64,000 nucleotides of DNA from Pavona decussata (taxonomy: Eukaryota). Below the pieces are notes generated by a model. That model was not told where the DNA came from. It did not search any database and was given only the letters and a program-made list of their open reading frames with translations. Position numbers and translations under genes: made by a program. Location of the stretch: NCBI GenBank assembly GCA_977016875.1, contig CDRNST010000001.1, forward strand, positions 806,001 to 870,000, written 5' to 3'. The stretch's first letter is position 1, and every line of letters begins with the position of its first letter. This document shows positions 11,831-25,067 of the stretch, piece after piece.

Positions 11831-14800
11831 GAGGGAATGTCTACTAACACCGAGCGAGGGGTGGCACATGATAAAAAATGAAAGTCCTTCACAAATTGAC
11901 TAAGGATACCCTATGGAAGCTCTAGTGACGTGGTGGTTTTGATTTCTCGGAATTCTTTTTTAAACCCAGAAAATTTGAATAAAATCTCTCCGGGCCCAAG
12001 TGTCTATAAAAGCACTCAAAATAGACATGTCCCATACCTTCTCTCAACTTCGCTCTGTTTAATTCGCATAGATAAAATACCTCATTTTAAGCTTGGAAAT
12101 GTGCAGTTGAAGTGTTTACGAATCGTTTGAGGCCAATAATAGATCTCTGCTTTAGTTTTGAAGGTCATGGGGAAGGTACCGAAAGTTACTAAAATTGGCT
12201 CAGTCGAAATTCTCAATTTGGCGCACTTTTTCAGGAGAGAGTTTCCCTACCCGGTAAAACACCGAATCACTTGAAATTTAGAATTCTTGATTGACTAAAT
12301 GCCGTTCTAAAACCAGGTTTAAAAATCAATTTCGGGCTTTCTATCAGCGCTGAGAACTAACGCTCTCAAAATCCCGATAATTGCAACATTATCTGTCAAC
12401 AACTGTAAGCGATAAAGATGTTTCTGTCAAAATCACCGAAGACTTTTGTGATTTTTCTCTTGTTTCCCTCAATATTACGATGGACCAAACAACAGAAAGC
12501 TCATATTTAGCTCACCTTGAATAAGATGTCATCTAAGTATCAGTTTCTTCGCTTAATGTACCATACAAAGCCATCATAGCTCGAAGGGTTGATAATTGAT
12601 CTCCTTCAATGACTAATGACTTCTGGTATTGCATTCACGTCACTTGGCAAATGCCACTGAATTGAAGGGGCAAAAATCCTTTGACAGTAACAAAACCCTG
12701 TCGGCTCATAGAAAATATTAACAGAAATATATAATTTTAAAGTTCTCCACAGTCATCTCAGAAACCGCCGGACTTTATAATCTTCCGTCTTCGACTGTTT
12801 TGACTGTACTTGTTTCGGTCACGCAACGGCTTCCTTCGGAGTGATTGGGTTTTCTTACATACAGTGTATGGCCAAAATCGAAAAAAAAAAATAAATAAAT
12901 AAATAAATAAAAATCCAAACCTCAGGGCGTTTGAAACTAGTTCCTTTAAAGTTATTTGAACATGCAAACGTGACTGTTCACGCATTAGCGCTGCTTTTGA
13001 ATTTCTCCGTGAACAGTGATGTTCGATTCAGGTTGTATATTTCACGACGGTCATGGCGTGTGCTTGAATGGTTTATTCAGCAAAAATAATTACTTGAATG
13101 ATGTTTTCACGAGAGGAAATTGAACAGATACCGGTATAAGGTGATATAAGAAAATTGTGACTTAACGAGAACTTTTTTAGTTTCTCAACCAGAATGACGT
13201 TCGTTCTTTTCGCATGTGTCGGTTTGCCAAAATAACAGCTATAAACAAGATAAAAGATATACAGACAGATAAGGAGTTCCGTGATCACTGATGATAACAG
13301 TACACAATGTACCTGAAAAAGGGTTGGGTGCATCAATTCTCCGTTAACAAGATCTTTAAAAAAGTTCAGTTTTCTGCTTAATCGTTAATTTTCTCTGATC
13401 TGTAGCACTTATTATTATTATTTTTTAATGTGTTTATTTTAGTTACAATAAGAGAGGATGAAGCTCTCTTGGTTACAATGATCTGTTGTGTTCTTATAAA
13501 CACCGCCGTTGCTCTGATTGAAACTGATCGTCACGCACCTGATGGACACACATTGATGATGCTGGGACGATTACCAAATATACAAAATTTCCATATTACA
13601 AAACACTCGTAGTTTTTTGTATTTACGCTGCGTTTAAAGAATTTTCTGATAATTTCAATCATTCTTACGGCCATTTCGGTTGTGACCGGGTGAAATCAGC
13701 GTGTGAGATTTGCGGATGCTTCAATTATCTGACAAGGTGGTCAAACAGAAAAAAAGTGTTTTAGTAAACCGTTCAAATCTTTCGTTGGTGCAACTCTAGT
13801 GCAAAACTGTTAAGACAACAACAAACTTAAAGGACCCTAGTCAGCCTCCGCCATTTTCGATGCCATCAAAATTATTGATATCGCATGGTGAAGCTAAATC
13901 TTATTGCTTTGTGTTCCGGAAAGTATGTTTCATTATCTTTAGTAGTTTCACAGTGATTTCGTTCATTTTGACATGCTCCAAATAAAATATAATAGCCAAA
14001 CCTTCGTATATAAACAAAAACAAAGGCGTGGCTGGCTAGGGCCCTTTAATGCATACATCGTGAAATTTCACAGGACAAATACGTTTCGGGACAACACTAG
14101 CAATGTTCGAATAAGTGATGTTTACTCCGAAGTTGAGCTTATCCTAGCGCGCGCGTGATTCTTTCTTCCGCTACATTTCTGTGTAGACCATTATAGACTT
14201 GCCACAAGTCGTCTTCTTAATATACACCGAAAGAGTGACCAACAAGGCGACGGAGTCGTGAGCCGAGCGCCTGACTGGACTCCCACGAAAACGGACTACC
14301 TATCCGCATCTCAGTGGGAAATTGGCCGGTGCAGAGGTGGTAACCAATGACGAGATCCGCATGGGCTCTCTTAACATACTGCAATACTGACATGGTGAGA
14401 AAAGCAGACCGTGGGATAGGCAAGTCGGAGTCCATAGCTTTATTGCGACAAACCGGTGTACTGAGTCCATTGGGCTCTTGAATTGGTAAGTACACCTTAA
14501 TTTTGTCCTATACGCTGGCCTCCTCTGTAACTGATTTGCGAACAATGGGCCAATTTAGTTTGGAAACAGTGCAATCCAAACGTAGCCTGGACCCACGCAG
14601 TCGTCATTTTAGGGGACATCGCTGGTGTTTTGAACTTTGAACTAATCACTACATAAATCAATAAGTGAGCTTAGCAATCTTTTGCATAGGTATATGCCGT
14701 GACCGCGGGCCTATCGCGGAAGCTACCGAGGCGACACCAAAAACAGTACCAGAAAACTGTAAGCATTGGATCGAGCCCGAGAGGATTGGGGGGGGGGGGG

Positions 14801-17691
14801 TGGGGTGGGGGGGGGGTTCTACTCATAGTACACAGTATGTGTGAAACGATAATAAGAATTAAAATATAGGTGTGAAAGGCTCGGCCGCAAAAAAATATAG
14901 GAGCCCCTTAATTTGGCTCGTCCTTTTGCACAGTTCAGATTCAGAACATAAAATAACTTAATTATATCACATCAAGAGCTACATTTAGGTCTATAGACGC
15001 ACTAAATTCGTACTTGGCATCTACAGACGTCAGCCCTATTAGGTCTCAGCTAAAACGCTCATCGGAAAATGAGAGCGGACGAACTTTGATGGTGGACAAG
15101 GGGTGGCTCCTGTCAGGTACATGCCAAGAAATAACACCACATGAGACAGGCGCCCTCTCTCGCGCAATACGTTCACCAGACACGCTGCGTCGCCTAGCTC
15201 TCTAACATTCTGATGTCGCAGCACACCGTTGATGTGCTAAACGAACTTAAAGAGGAGTTTGCATTGACTGTGAAACAAGCAAAGGCAAAATCTTTACATC
15301 GTCATGGAAGGCCCATTGACCGGCGCTCTATCAACCAAGATGCTGCAAGGGTCGACGTCCTAGAGCGACCTGAAGAGTAATCAATTTTGGTTGTCCGAAA
15401 ACCAAAGTGCGCGATTCAGTATACATGGTATATTCCTTCGCATGTCAGCATAGCTCAAATCCTATCTAGAACTCCTTTTTTTTTTCTTTTTTGTCTTCCG
15501 GAGACGGAGAGGGGGAGGGAATCCCCCTCCATAGCTTCACAAGTATAAAAGGCATGGCAATGTCGGCTATGAGACTCCGAGGAGAGATAGTACGTTCAAG
15601 CATGTCTCCTCTGGGGTTCGCAACGGATAATGACGTCATATGACAGCTAGACGGGATGGAAGCGGTTGTCATGTGGCCGACACCAGCACTCCCTAGAGCG
15701 CGAGACGAGAAGTCCTCTGACAGAGCTTCAGTCGACTATGCGGAGAAGCTTGCGGGACAAACCACGCTCTTACCGGTGGTCAGCATAGTCAGTAACAGAG
15801 CAACAGACTAGATATGATATGGATACTCAAGTCAAGTGCGTTACGAAGGACTCGGTTCTAGTTCACAAGGCCTATTTGACAGCAAACCGGAAGTAAAGCA
15901 GACCCTGTATGCGACACTTGCAGTGACTACATCGTGAAACAAACCATTATTTAATTTATTACAATGTATTGCTGTGACAAATGATCCAGTTCAAGATCAA
16001 TGATCGATGTGTGCTGAGGTAGCTAGCAACCTTAACAGCAGGTTTCTTCTTGCACCTTGCTTCGAAGAAAGTACTGGTGGATGATGAACCAAAAGACGAT
16101 AACGCGCCGCTGTTCGGGAAAATGAGCACACGCTCACCCCACCCCTGCCCCACCCCTATTTTTCATTTACCATTAGGAAATTTGTATTTCCTTTGGCATT
16201 GACCTCTCAGCTGTAACAATTCGATGGAAAAAGCCATACATCGACAAACTGCATTCTCTCTTTGTCAAGGATGCGCATGTCAGCAGTGAGGAGTGATTTC
16301 TTTCTGGCTGATAAGATTGTTTTGTCCTGTCCTCAAGAGAACAGTCAGGGATGAGACCGTAGTGACTTTTGCACGAAGGCGAAAACCAAGGCGTTAATAC
16401 TTAGTGGTTCTAACAAGAAAAGTGTTCCCTAAGGTTTCACCTCATTAAAATGCAGAGTATCATACTTTAGCAAGGCTTGCTTTGTGGCTCAGTCCTTTTG
16501 GTGTGTATAGATGATAAAAACATTCGGCTATAAATCATCGGTCCTGTCCACACTTTGGTAAAGATTACATTGTTTTTAATTTGTTTTTCGTTTTCAGCAT
16601 GTCAGGACACACGTTTCCCGTGTGTTTTTTACCCAACATAGTCAAACCTAACGTCACGTGAATTTAAAAAGCGTGACATTTTATTGCGTGACTGATATGC
16701 CATAAACAGAGTTGAATTAATCCACGAGTGCTTTCGCTTCAAGTAACGGATCTCGAAACGACAGCTCGAAACCAAAAAAATCGTTTCGAGATTCAAAGCC
16801 CGAAAATCAAACTCATCTCTATTTTAAACGATCTTCAAGTCGAAAAGAAGTGGTCCGATGGTAAGTCATTTGAGTTATTGTCGTTCCATCGCAATGAGCG
16901 ATGATAATTTATTCTGTTGACTTCACACATCAAGATGGCCATATAATAATGAAAGGATACAAACCCAACTAAATATCTTATTTAGACAATGCCTTATTGT
17001 AAGTAGTTTGCGAAACATGACCTTTCACTGGTGGTTTAAAGCCGAATGCCGAGGTAAACTAAATGAAATTTCAATAGTTTTTCTTAGTTTGGTTGCAGTC
17101 ATGTGCAGTTTGTTTACACGTTGATATTGCGATTTTCGTGATTCTGAGACCGCTAATGCTCGGCGCTGGTAAAAAGCCCGAAGCTATTTTTTAAACCTAG
17201 TTTTAGAACGATACTTCCTCATTCTATAATTCAAAATTTGAAGGGTTTTAGTGTTTTACCGGATCGCGAAATTTTCTATTAAAAAAGTGCGCCAAATTCA
17301 GAATTTAGAGGGAGCGAATTTTTGAGATTTTTTGTGGCTCCTCGTGACCAGGAAAATTCATCCACTGAAGTATTTTTGGACTCGGATACTTAATAAACTC
17401 TTTAAAAGCAAATTTTTAAGAAAAAAACTGGGTTTTCTTTGATGCAAATTGAACATAACGAAGTTTACGAAAAGGTGTGAACCATGTTTATTTCACGAGC
17501 CCACGCTTTCACGAGTGGCCGTCACTGTTTTTTCTATTTTTTCCGGTTTAAAAAATATATTTCGGGAAAAAAATCCCACCACGTTTTTTAAACTAGTATG
17601 GAGTATCTCTGGACGGAATATGCAAAGTTTTGATTTTTTCATCATGTGCCACTTTTTTATGATTTCGCTCGGTCTTAGTAGACATTCCCTC
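11831..17691. mobile_element. 5.86 kb TTAA-specific DNA transposon, Kolobok-like, apparently non-autonomous
   Basis: TSD TTAA (11827-30, 17692-95). Termini GAGGGAATGTCTACTAA / TTAGTAGACATTCCCTC. Imperfect inverted similarity continues ~600 bp (e.g. aatttggcgcacttttt near 12215 vs aaaaagtgcgccaaatt near 17282). A purine-purine start after TTAA fits Kolobok rather than piggyBac. No long ORF inside. Confidence 0.85.
13831..14045. mobile_element. TTAA MITE (Kolobok-type), copy 1
   Basis: TTAA-aggaccctagtcagcc...ggctggctagggccct-TTAA; close homologue at 24227-24451. Confidence 0.85.
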
Positions 17692-17695
17692 TTAA

Positions 17696-20690
17696 GAGAC
17701 GAAAAACACAACCAATATCTGAAGCAAATAAAAACACAAAACGCAAGGCTTATTTATATGAAACAGCTAATGCAAAAGAAACGGGAAAATGCTGAATTCA
17801 GAGGCAAAGAAAATAAAAGAAAAAGAGACAAAGCCAAACTTAGAAAAGGTAATACAAACACTAATACTTGTAATGCAACAGCAAAAAAAATGTCAACTGA
17901 CAATAATAATGACACAAGTAACAAAATAATAGACCAGTTTCACAAAAATATCAGGTGTGGTCCTGAATACATATGTACCTGCTGTGATCAATTGTGGTAC
18001 AGGTCATCAGTCACAAAGTGCAATGTAAACAATTATAGCAAATGCCAACAAAAACTCGTTAAGTCTTGTATTACTGGGCTAAAAAGTGTTGATGATACTG
18101 AATGGATCTGTAGCACTTGCCATTCAAACTTAAAAGAAAGTAAGTTACCCCAGTGCTCAAAAGCAAATGGTATGAGTTTCCCTAAAAAACCTGCAGTACT
18201 TGATTTGACTCCATTGGAGGAAAGACTTGTATCACCACGCATCCCTTTCATGCAAATTCGTGAACTTCCAAGAGGGGGTCAGCTTCTAATTCATGGCAAT
18301 GTAGTTAATGCTCCAAGTGATGTAAATTCAACGGTCCACATATTGCCTAGATCGATCAGTGAGTCACAAACTATTCCAATAAAGCTAAAGAGAAGTCTGA
18401 GTTACAAGCACCATTATCAGTTTCAAAATGTTAGACCTATGAAAGTATTAGAAGCAGCCAAATATCTTGTCAGTACTAGTGAGTTGTTTAAAAGTGAAGG
18501 TATTGAAGAACAAGATTCCTGGCAAAATTACAATACTTCTCATATAAGTGAACAAGATTGGCAGGAATTTTTTCAAGGCCATGATAACTATAAAACAAGT
18601 AGCAAAAATGATGAAGATCAAGGTAGTAATACTGCAAGCAATATAATTGACATTGGCACTAACATGAGTTCTGAACCAGAAAGTAATGAAAATGATAGCT
18701 GGTGTGAGGTTCAAGAGCGCCCTTCTGGAGTAACAGACACTTTATTGCAAGAACCAGATATTTGTGATAATTCTGATAAAATTTTAAGCTTTGCTCCAGG
18801 TGAGGGAAACAAACCATTAGGCATTTTTATGGATAAAGATTCAGAATTTTTGTCTTTTCCCACAATATTTTGTGGCAAACGCAGAACAGACAGCAAAGAT
18901 AGGGAGATACCGTTATCATACAGTACTGTTGCTAAGTGGGAATTGCGATGCCAAGACAGGAGAGCTGCAGAATCAGTCCCTAACTTATTTTATAAACTTA
19001 AAAAACTTCAAATTAAACAAATCCAGGATACTGCTTGCATTTCTTTACGAAAGTGTAAAACAAAAGGCAAAAAGTACACAGCAGGTGAACTTAAGTCAGA
19101 AGATTACATCAACAAACTTGTTCATCTTGATGAAGGTTTCAGAGTTCTTAAGAATTTACGAGGGAGCCCAGCATACTTCCAAAAGTGTAAGAAAGATTTA
19201 TTTGCTATGATTCGTCAACTTGGTAACCCAACCTAGTTCTGTTCTTTCTCAGCTGCAGAAACAAGGTGGACACATTTGCTTAAGGCTTTAGGAAGACTCA
19301 TTGAAAAGAAGGAATACACAGATGATGATATAAAAAACATGAGTTGGCAGCAAAAATCAAATCTTATTCAAAAAGATCCAGTAACATGTGCAAGAAACTT
19401 TGACCACATGGTTCAACTTTTTATTCGTGATGTTCTAAGAAGTGATATGATCCCAGTAGGAGATGTTGCTGATTATTTTTATAGAGTTGAATTTCAGCAA
19501 AGGGGCAGTCCTCATATCCATGCTCTCTTTTGGATTAAAGATGCACCACAATCTGGGAAAAGCTCTGAAGAGGAAGTTGTTAATTTTGTAGATAAATATG
19601 TCACTTGCAAAAATGCCAAAAGTATTGCTATGGAAGATCTGGTAAATTTACAAATACACAGGCATGCAAAGACATGTAAAAAGAATGGGCATCAAGTTTG
19701 TAGGTTCAACTTTCCATTGCCACCCATGCAGAAAACTATGATATTGAGACCACTTGATGATTATGATACTCTTTGTCCAGAAAAACAGAAGTACATTAAA
19801 GAAAGTGCAGAAAGAATTAAGACTGAACTTGACATGATGAAATTTGGGGAAGATATCAGTTTTCAAGAATTTCTTGACAAATTGCGACTGACAGAGGAAA
19901 ACTACGTATTGGCTTTAAGATATACTTTAAAACGCGACACTCTCTTTTTGAAGAGAACGCCCTCAGAGATAAGGATAAATAACTACAACACTACACTATT
20001 GAAAGCTTGGCAAGCAAACATGGACCTGCAATATGTCTTAGATCCCTATGCATGTGCAACATATATCTTAGCTTATATTACAAAAGGGCAGAGAGGAATA
20101 AGCAGACTTCTTGAAAAAGCAACTGATCAAATTAAATCTGGTAATCAAGATATTGCTAACAAAGTGAGACACATTGGCAACAAATTTCTAAATGCTGTAG
20201 AAATTAGTGCTCAAGAAGCCGCCTACTTGTTATTACAAATGCCAATGAGGAGATCAACCCGTGATTTTCAGTTCATCAATACTTCAAATCCAGATGAAAG
20301 GGCCTTTCTACTAAAGTCACTTGACAAACTAAAAGAACTACCAGATAATTCACCCGAAATAGAGTCTGACAACCTTATTAAGCGTTATCAGAGAAGACCA
20401 AAGCAGCTACAAAACTTCTGTTTAGCTGATTTTGCTGCCTGGTTCAATTGTGTACGCGAAAGTACTAGTGATAAAGTACCACTTACAAGCTCAAATGATT
20501 TTGTGCCAGAAACCCATTCTGATGACAATAATGATGACGAGATTCATAATACTATTGATGATACAAGTGCCAATAAAAATGAGTACAACATGAGAGGTGG
20601 CATTAAACTTGTAAAACGATGTAGGCCCAAAATCATCCGCTCTGTCAGATTTCATAAAGATAGATCCACAAAATTTTTACAGAGAACAGC
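17696..20690 (+). pseudogene. Helentron polyprotein, middle: Cys-rich Zn finger + Helitron-like N region + HUH Rep domain
   Basis: GPEYICTCCDQLWY...WICSTCH; LTPLEERLVSPRIPF; YRVEFQQRGSPHIHALFW (HUH motif 2); QIHRHAKTC; CRFNFP; YACATYILAYITK (catalytic Tyr motif). Lesions: 4-bp duplication at 17750-57, TAG at 19234-36 (LGNPT*FCSFSAAETRW), frameshift near 20662. Confidence 0.9.
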
Positions 20691-20692
20691 TT

Positions 20693-22462
20693 ATGCTTTA
20701 TACTCTATGGCGAAATAAAAGTACTGATTTGTTAGCAAATTGTGACAACTATGCAGAAAGATTTGAGCAACTGAACCATGTTATCCTTCGTAACAGCCAG
20801 CAATACGAATGCCATAACAAAATGTTACAAAAAGCCATAGACGATTTCAACAATGATTACTGTGACAACCATGATAATGTGGCACCAAATACACAACACA
20901 ATAATGAACAAGACTGTGCACAAAAACAAAAACCAAGTGAATTGTTTGGCTGTTTTGATCCAGGGGACAATAAGCTTCATAGCCAGTATGATTTGCTTGA
21001 TGACATTGGCATATTTCCTAGATGCAATGACCATGAAGAATTAGTTATCAAGCGTTTATCTGATTCTGAATATTATAAGCTGGTACGCTCATTAAATGAA
21101 AAACAAAGGCAGTTTTTCTATCATGTACTACACTCTATCAAAACCAGTGACAAGCCTCTCAAACTCTTTCTGTCAGGTGGTGCAGGTGTTGGTAAATCAA
21201 CTGTTACAAATGCATTGTATGAAGCACTGATTCGATACCTCAATAGTATACCTGGTGAAAATCCAGATGAGGTTAAAGTACTTAAAGCAGCCCCTACAGG
21301 GAAAGCAGCCTTTAATATAAATGGAAACACTTTACATTCAACTTTTAAAGTGCCAGCCAATAAAGGATTTGACTACTGTAAACTTGATAGTGACAGGCTC
21401 AATACATTAAGAACAAAATTGTCCAAACTAAGAGTACTATTTATTGATGAAATATCTATGGTGGGAAGTGGTATGTTTAATTTCTTGAATTCAAGGTTAC
21501 AAGAAATAATGGGCACAAAGGAGCCATTTGGAGGAATAAGTGTCTTAACTGTTGGAGATTTGTTCCAATTAAAACCTGTTTTCGATAGCTGGATATTTAA
21601 AAATCCAAACACTTGCTATGGTGCTTTAGCAACAAACTTGTGGACAAATTACTTCACCTTATTTGAGCTAACTCAGATAATGAGGCAAAAAGATGATAAG
21701 CAGTTTGCAGAGCTGCTCAATCGTTTAAGAGAAGGAAAGCATACCAAGGACGACATAGTAACCTTGAAACAAAGATGTCTTCATAATATGATTTCAGAAG
21801 TAAATAACTTTTATCCAAAGAATATCACACATCTGTTCACTACAAATGCATCTGTCAATGCCCATATTAACAATATATATACCTCATCAAATACTCGTAA
21901 AGCACAGATAAAAGCAATAGATATTGTCATTGGAGACATTTCTGATGAGCTAAAAAAAGAAATGAAAGCAAAAGTACCAGATGACCCAACTAAAACAATG
22001 GGCTTATATTCACTTGTCCAAATAGCAACTGGTGCAAAATATGATTTAACAAGCAATATTGATGTTACTGGTGGTTTGACAAATGGTGCAGAATGCATTA
22101 TAGAAAACATAGATTATAGGGTTGAGAACTCTAGCAGACCCAGTATAATATGGGTGTCTTTTTCTGATCCAGGCATTGGCAGAAAACAACGCCAAGAAAA
22201 CTGTCATCTTTATCATAACAAAAATATTGAACAAAATTGGACACCAATTTTAGAGGTCACAAGACAATTCAGAATTAACAAGAAAACCCAGGTACAAATT
22301 CTTCGCCAACAATTTCCATTAAGACCTGCAGCTGCGAAAACTATTCATCGTTGTCAAGGTGACACTTTAGATGCAGCAGTTGTTGATTTCCCATCTTCAA
22401 CAAAGGAGCATATGCATTATGTTGGCTTAAGTCGCGTCTGAAACAGTTCAAATCTGTATATC
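20693..22462 (+). pseudogene. Helentron polyprotein: PIF1-family SF1 helicase
   Basis: Walker A GGAGVGKS, AAPTGKAA, Walker B FIDEISMV, GDLFQLKPV, ELTQIMRQKDD, QFPLRPAAAKTIHRCQG, YVGLSRV. TGA at 22439-41, after which the frame continues (NSSNLYIMNLNE). Confidence 0.92.
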
Positions 22463-23202
22463 ATGAATTTAAATGAGCAGAAGATAAAAGTAAATGAAAA
22501 TGTAGCACAAGAAATGGAAAGGCTAAGAACTGAAACAACTCTTTCTCCGAGAGCTTCGCTTCAAAATACTGGTTTATCACTATTCACTGTAATATTCCAT
22601 AATGTTAGATCTTTACATTTACATATTAATGATGTGCAAAGTGACTACAATATGCAAAAAGCTGATGTTAACATTTGTGTGGAAACTAGGCTTTGTACAG
22701 CAGATATAAGTGATGACTACAATTTACCAAGATTTCAGCTATACAGAAATGACTACAGCCAATCAAATGTAAGAACATCCTATGGTACTGCTATGTATGT
22801 AGCAAATAATATTCTTTGTTCACAAATTCCATACAGATTTAACTACGGCCAAGTAGAAATTACAATAATGGTTACCAATCATCTAATTAACACCTGCATG
22901 TCATTGGTATCTATCGCTCTAAGAGCAAAGTAACTACAACAAAACTTGTTGATGCCCTAAAACATCTTCATGATACAAAACTAGTTAATGTTGTACCTAC
23001 CCTTGTTCTTGGAGACTTTAATATAAACTTGCTCGAAGATACATCAGAGAAAAAAGCATTAATGACACAGTTCACAACTGATTATCGCACACTGATAGAT
23101 CATATTTACACAAATGTACCACATCTTGTAACATCATCAGGTGTTCTTGAATCATATTTCAGTGATCATAAACCAATTTTTGTATCTTTGACATCTAATT
23201 GA
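22463..23202 (+). pseudogene. Helentron polyprotein C-terminus: AP/EEP-family endonuclease
   Basis: FHNVRSL, CVETRL and YRND...YGTAMY; after a frameshift near 22890 it reads HVIGIYRS...LGDFNINL...TTDYRTLIDHIYTN...SYFSDHKPI; stop TGA at 23200-02. Confidence 0.85.
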
Positions 23203-23299
23203 GACATTGTACTTTTTCATCCCATACTATTCCCTAATCAGTTGCTAAGGATAAGTAATCGTTAACGCAATAAAGAATGGAAAACTGCACAAAACCAAT

Positions 23300-24416
23300 A
23301 GCGCTGTGCACTAATGACGTCACGAGATTTTACACCCCGTCGAGACTCAGACAAACAAAGTCGAATTCTGTAAGAGATGTAGGGAAGAACATGTGAATGG
23401 CGAGCAGTTCGCTTCGGTCTTTAACCGACGAAGACGACGTTCCTAGGTCTAAATTCAAAAGAGAACCAGAGGAGTACACAGTTGAGCAACTAAAACGGTG
23501 GTTAAAGTGCAGGGGCTTGAAATTAAGCGGTAAACGCGAGAACTCATCTCTATCATTTCTCAGGAATCGGAGATCCACAAGATTACAGATTAGGATCGAA
23601 ACCGCGGTCTTGCCTCACCATTGCCTAAAATGCCACAGAATTTACTAACGGCTGAATGACTCGTAGCAGCCCCTGGCCAGAGCAACACAGAAGAATTGCC
23701 TCAGTAAAAGGTGTGAGCAAAACACAGGAGGAAAATACTAAGTTCCCGCAACATAAACACAAACCTCACAGTTACAGAGCGGAGCGGAGCGATAAAAAAA
23801 CACAGCTGTAACAAAAGCGGCCTTTAGCCCACAAATTAACGCATTGTATAGCTTTTAAAGAAGCTATAATGCTAAAGAAAGGATCAAGAGAAAAATAACC
23901 GTGATGAGTAACACAACATCTTGCCACAAAAGCAAATAGCCGGGCGCGGCAATATAAAAGCTGCAAGATAATGATTATTACACGGTTCAAATCCTATCCT
24001 TCCAAAGATAAAAAGAGAGGCTATACTGCCGCAAGACTCACTGAAATCAGTGTCTTGGGGCAGTATAGCCTCTCTTTTTATCTTTGTAAGGATATGATTT
24101 GAACCAAATGCCACAAACGGCATAAGAACGATAGTCGCTACACAAAAAACAGCAAGAGGTTAATTAGATAGAACACAAAACCCAGACATGACCTTTGAGA
24201 TAAAAGTACAAAACATGCGACATTAAAGGACCCTAGTCAGCTTCCGCCATTTTCGATGCCATCGAAATTATTGATACTGCATGGTGAAGCGAAATCTTAA
24301 TGCTTTACTGTAAGTTATGTTCCTGAAAGTATGTTTCATTATCTTTAGTAGTTTCACAGTGATTTCGTTCATTTCGACATGCTACGAATAAAATATAATA
24401 GTCAAACTCTCGCATA

Positions 24417-24455
<39 letters not shown>

Positions 24456-25067
24456 GCACGTGGCTTCGTTCAGTTACTATCCCGCAAATCCTCCAAATCA
24501 TAGATGGCATTTAATAAGAAGAAAATACAGCGCTAAAAGAAAATTTACAGGGAGCGCCGCTCATACGAGAGAGGGCGTTCCTTAAAAGACATATGTACTC
24601 GTTACAGCAAAACTATAACTGAACATGGCTAAAACACGCAAGTGGGAGTTGCGCAGGCTTATCTTCTTTCCTTTTTACACTGGTTATGTTTTACTCCGTA
24701 AAGAAATCCCGCGAACAAGCAGCTAGCCTACGCTTGCACTTCGCGATATCTTGCGTTGGTTTCGGAAATTGAATGAATACTTTCTTCCCTGGTTGCTCAA
24801 CCTTTTTGAGGGATTTCGGCCACTTGTCAGGATACCTCACGTCTGTTTTGCATTCACCCCAACAGCAGTGTTTGGTGGTTACCATTTCGGTCCATCTAGG
24901 ACGCTAACTGCGCGATTTCACCAAGTTTTTCGCTTTTTGGTATTGCTATGGCAGTACTCGCTCATACATTTTCCTTTATCACATCCCAATGTTTGTCTGA
25001 GTCTGTGCGGGGGGTCTTATGGGATCTCATGTGACAAAATCTATTTTTAGTAATAGTGCACAGCGCT
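23300..25067. mobile_element. Internally deleted ISL2EU-like (PIF/Harbinger-ISL2EU group) transposon
   Basis: TIR agcgctgtgcacta / tagtgcacagcgct with AT on both flanks (23298-99, 25068-69). Convergent gene stubs: a SAP-domain start on + (23397.., YTVEQLKRWLKCRGLKLSGKRE) and a THAP-like start on - (24885.., KHCCWGECK...FIQFPKP...AAC). Confidence 0.7.
24227..24451. mobile_element. TTAA MITE (Kolobok-type), copy 2
   Basis: TTAA-aggaccctagtcagc...ggctgactagggccct-TTAA; homologous to 13831-14045. Confidence 0.85.

Noticed and set aside
11831-11903. C-terminus of the 399-aa OTU ORF
   Set aside because: It is read-through into the left TIR of the insertion.
11831-17691. piggyBac classification
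   Set aside because: The TSD is TTAA but the ends begin GAGG, not CC/CA as in piggyBac.
17449-17757. N-terminal ~100 aa of the 595-aa ORF as real protein
   Set aside because: 17449-17691 is the right arm of the inserted TTAA element, and the next ~60 bp are in the shifted frame.
18033-22234. Short minus-strand ORFs over the Rep/helicase
   Set aside because: They are antisense shadows of the coding strand with no motifs.
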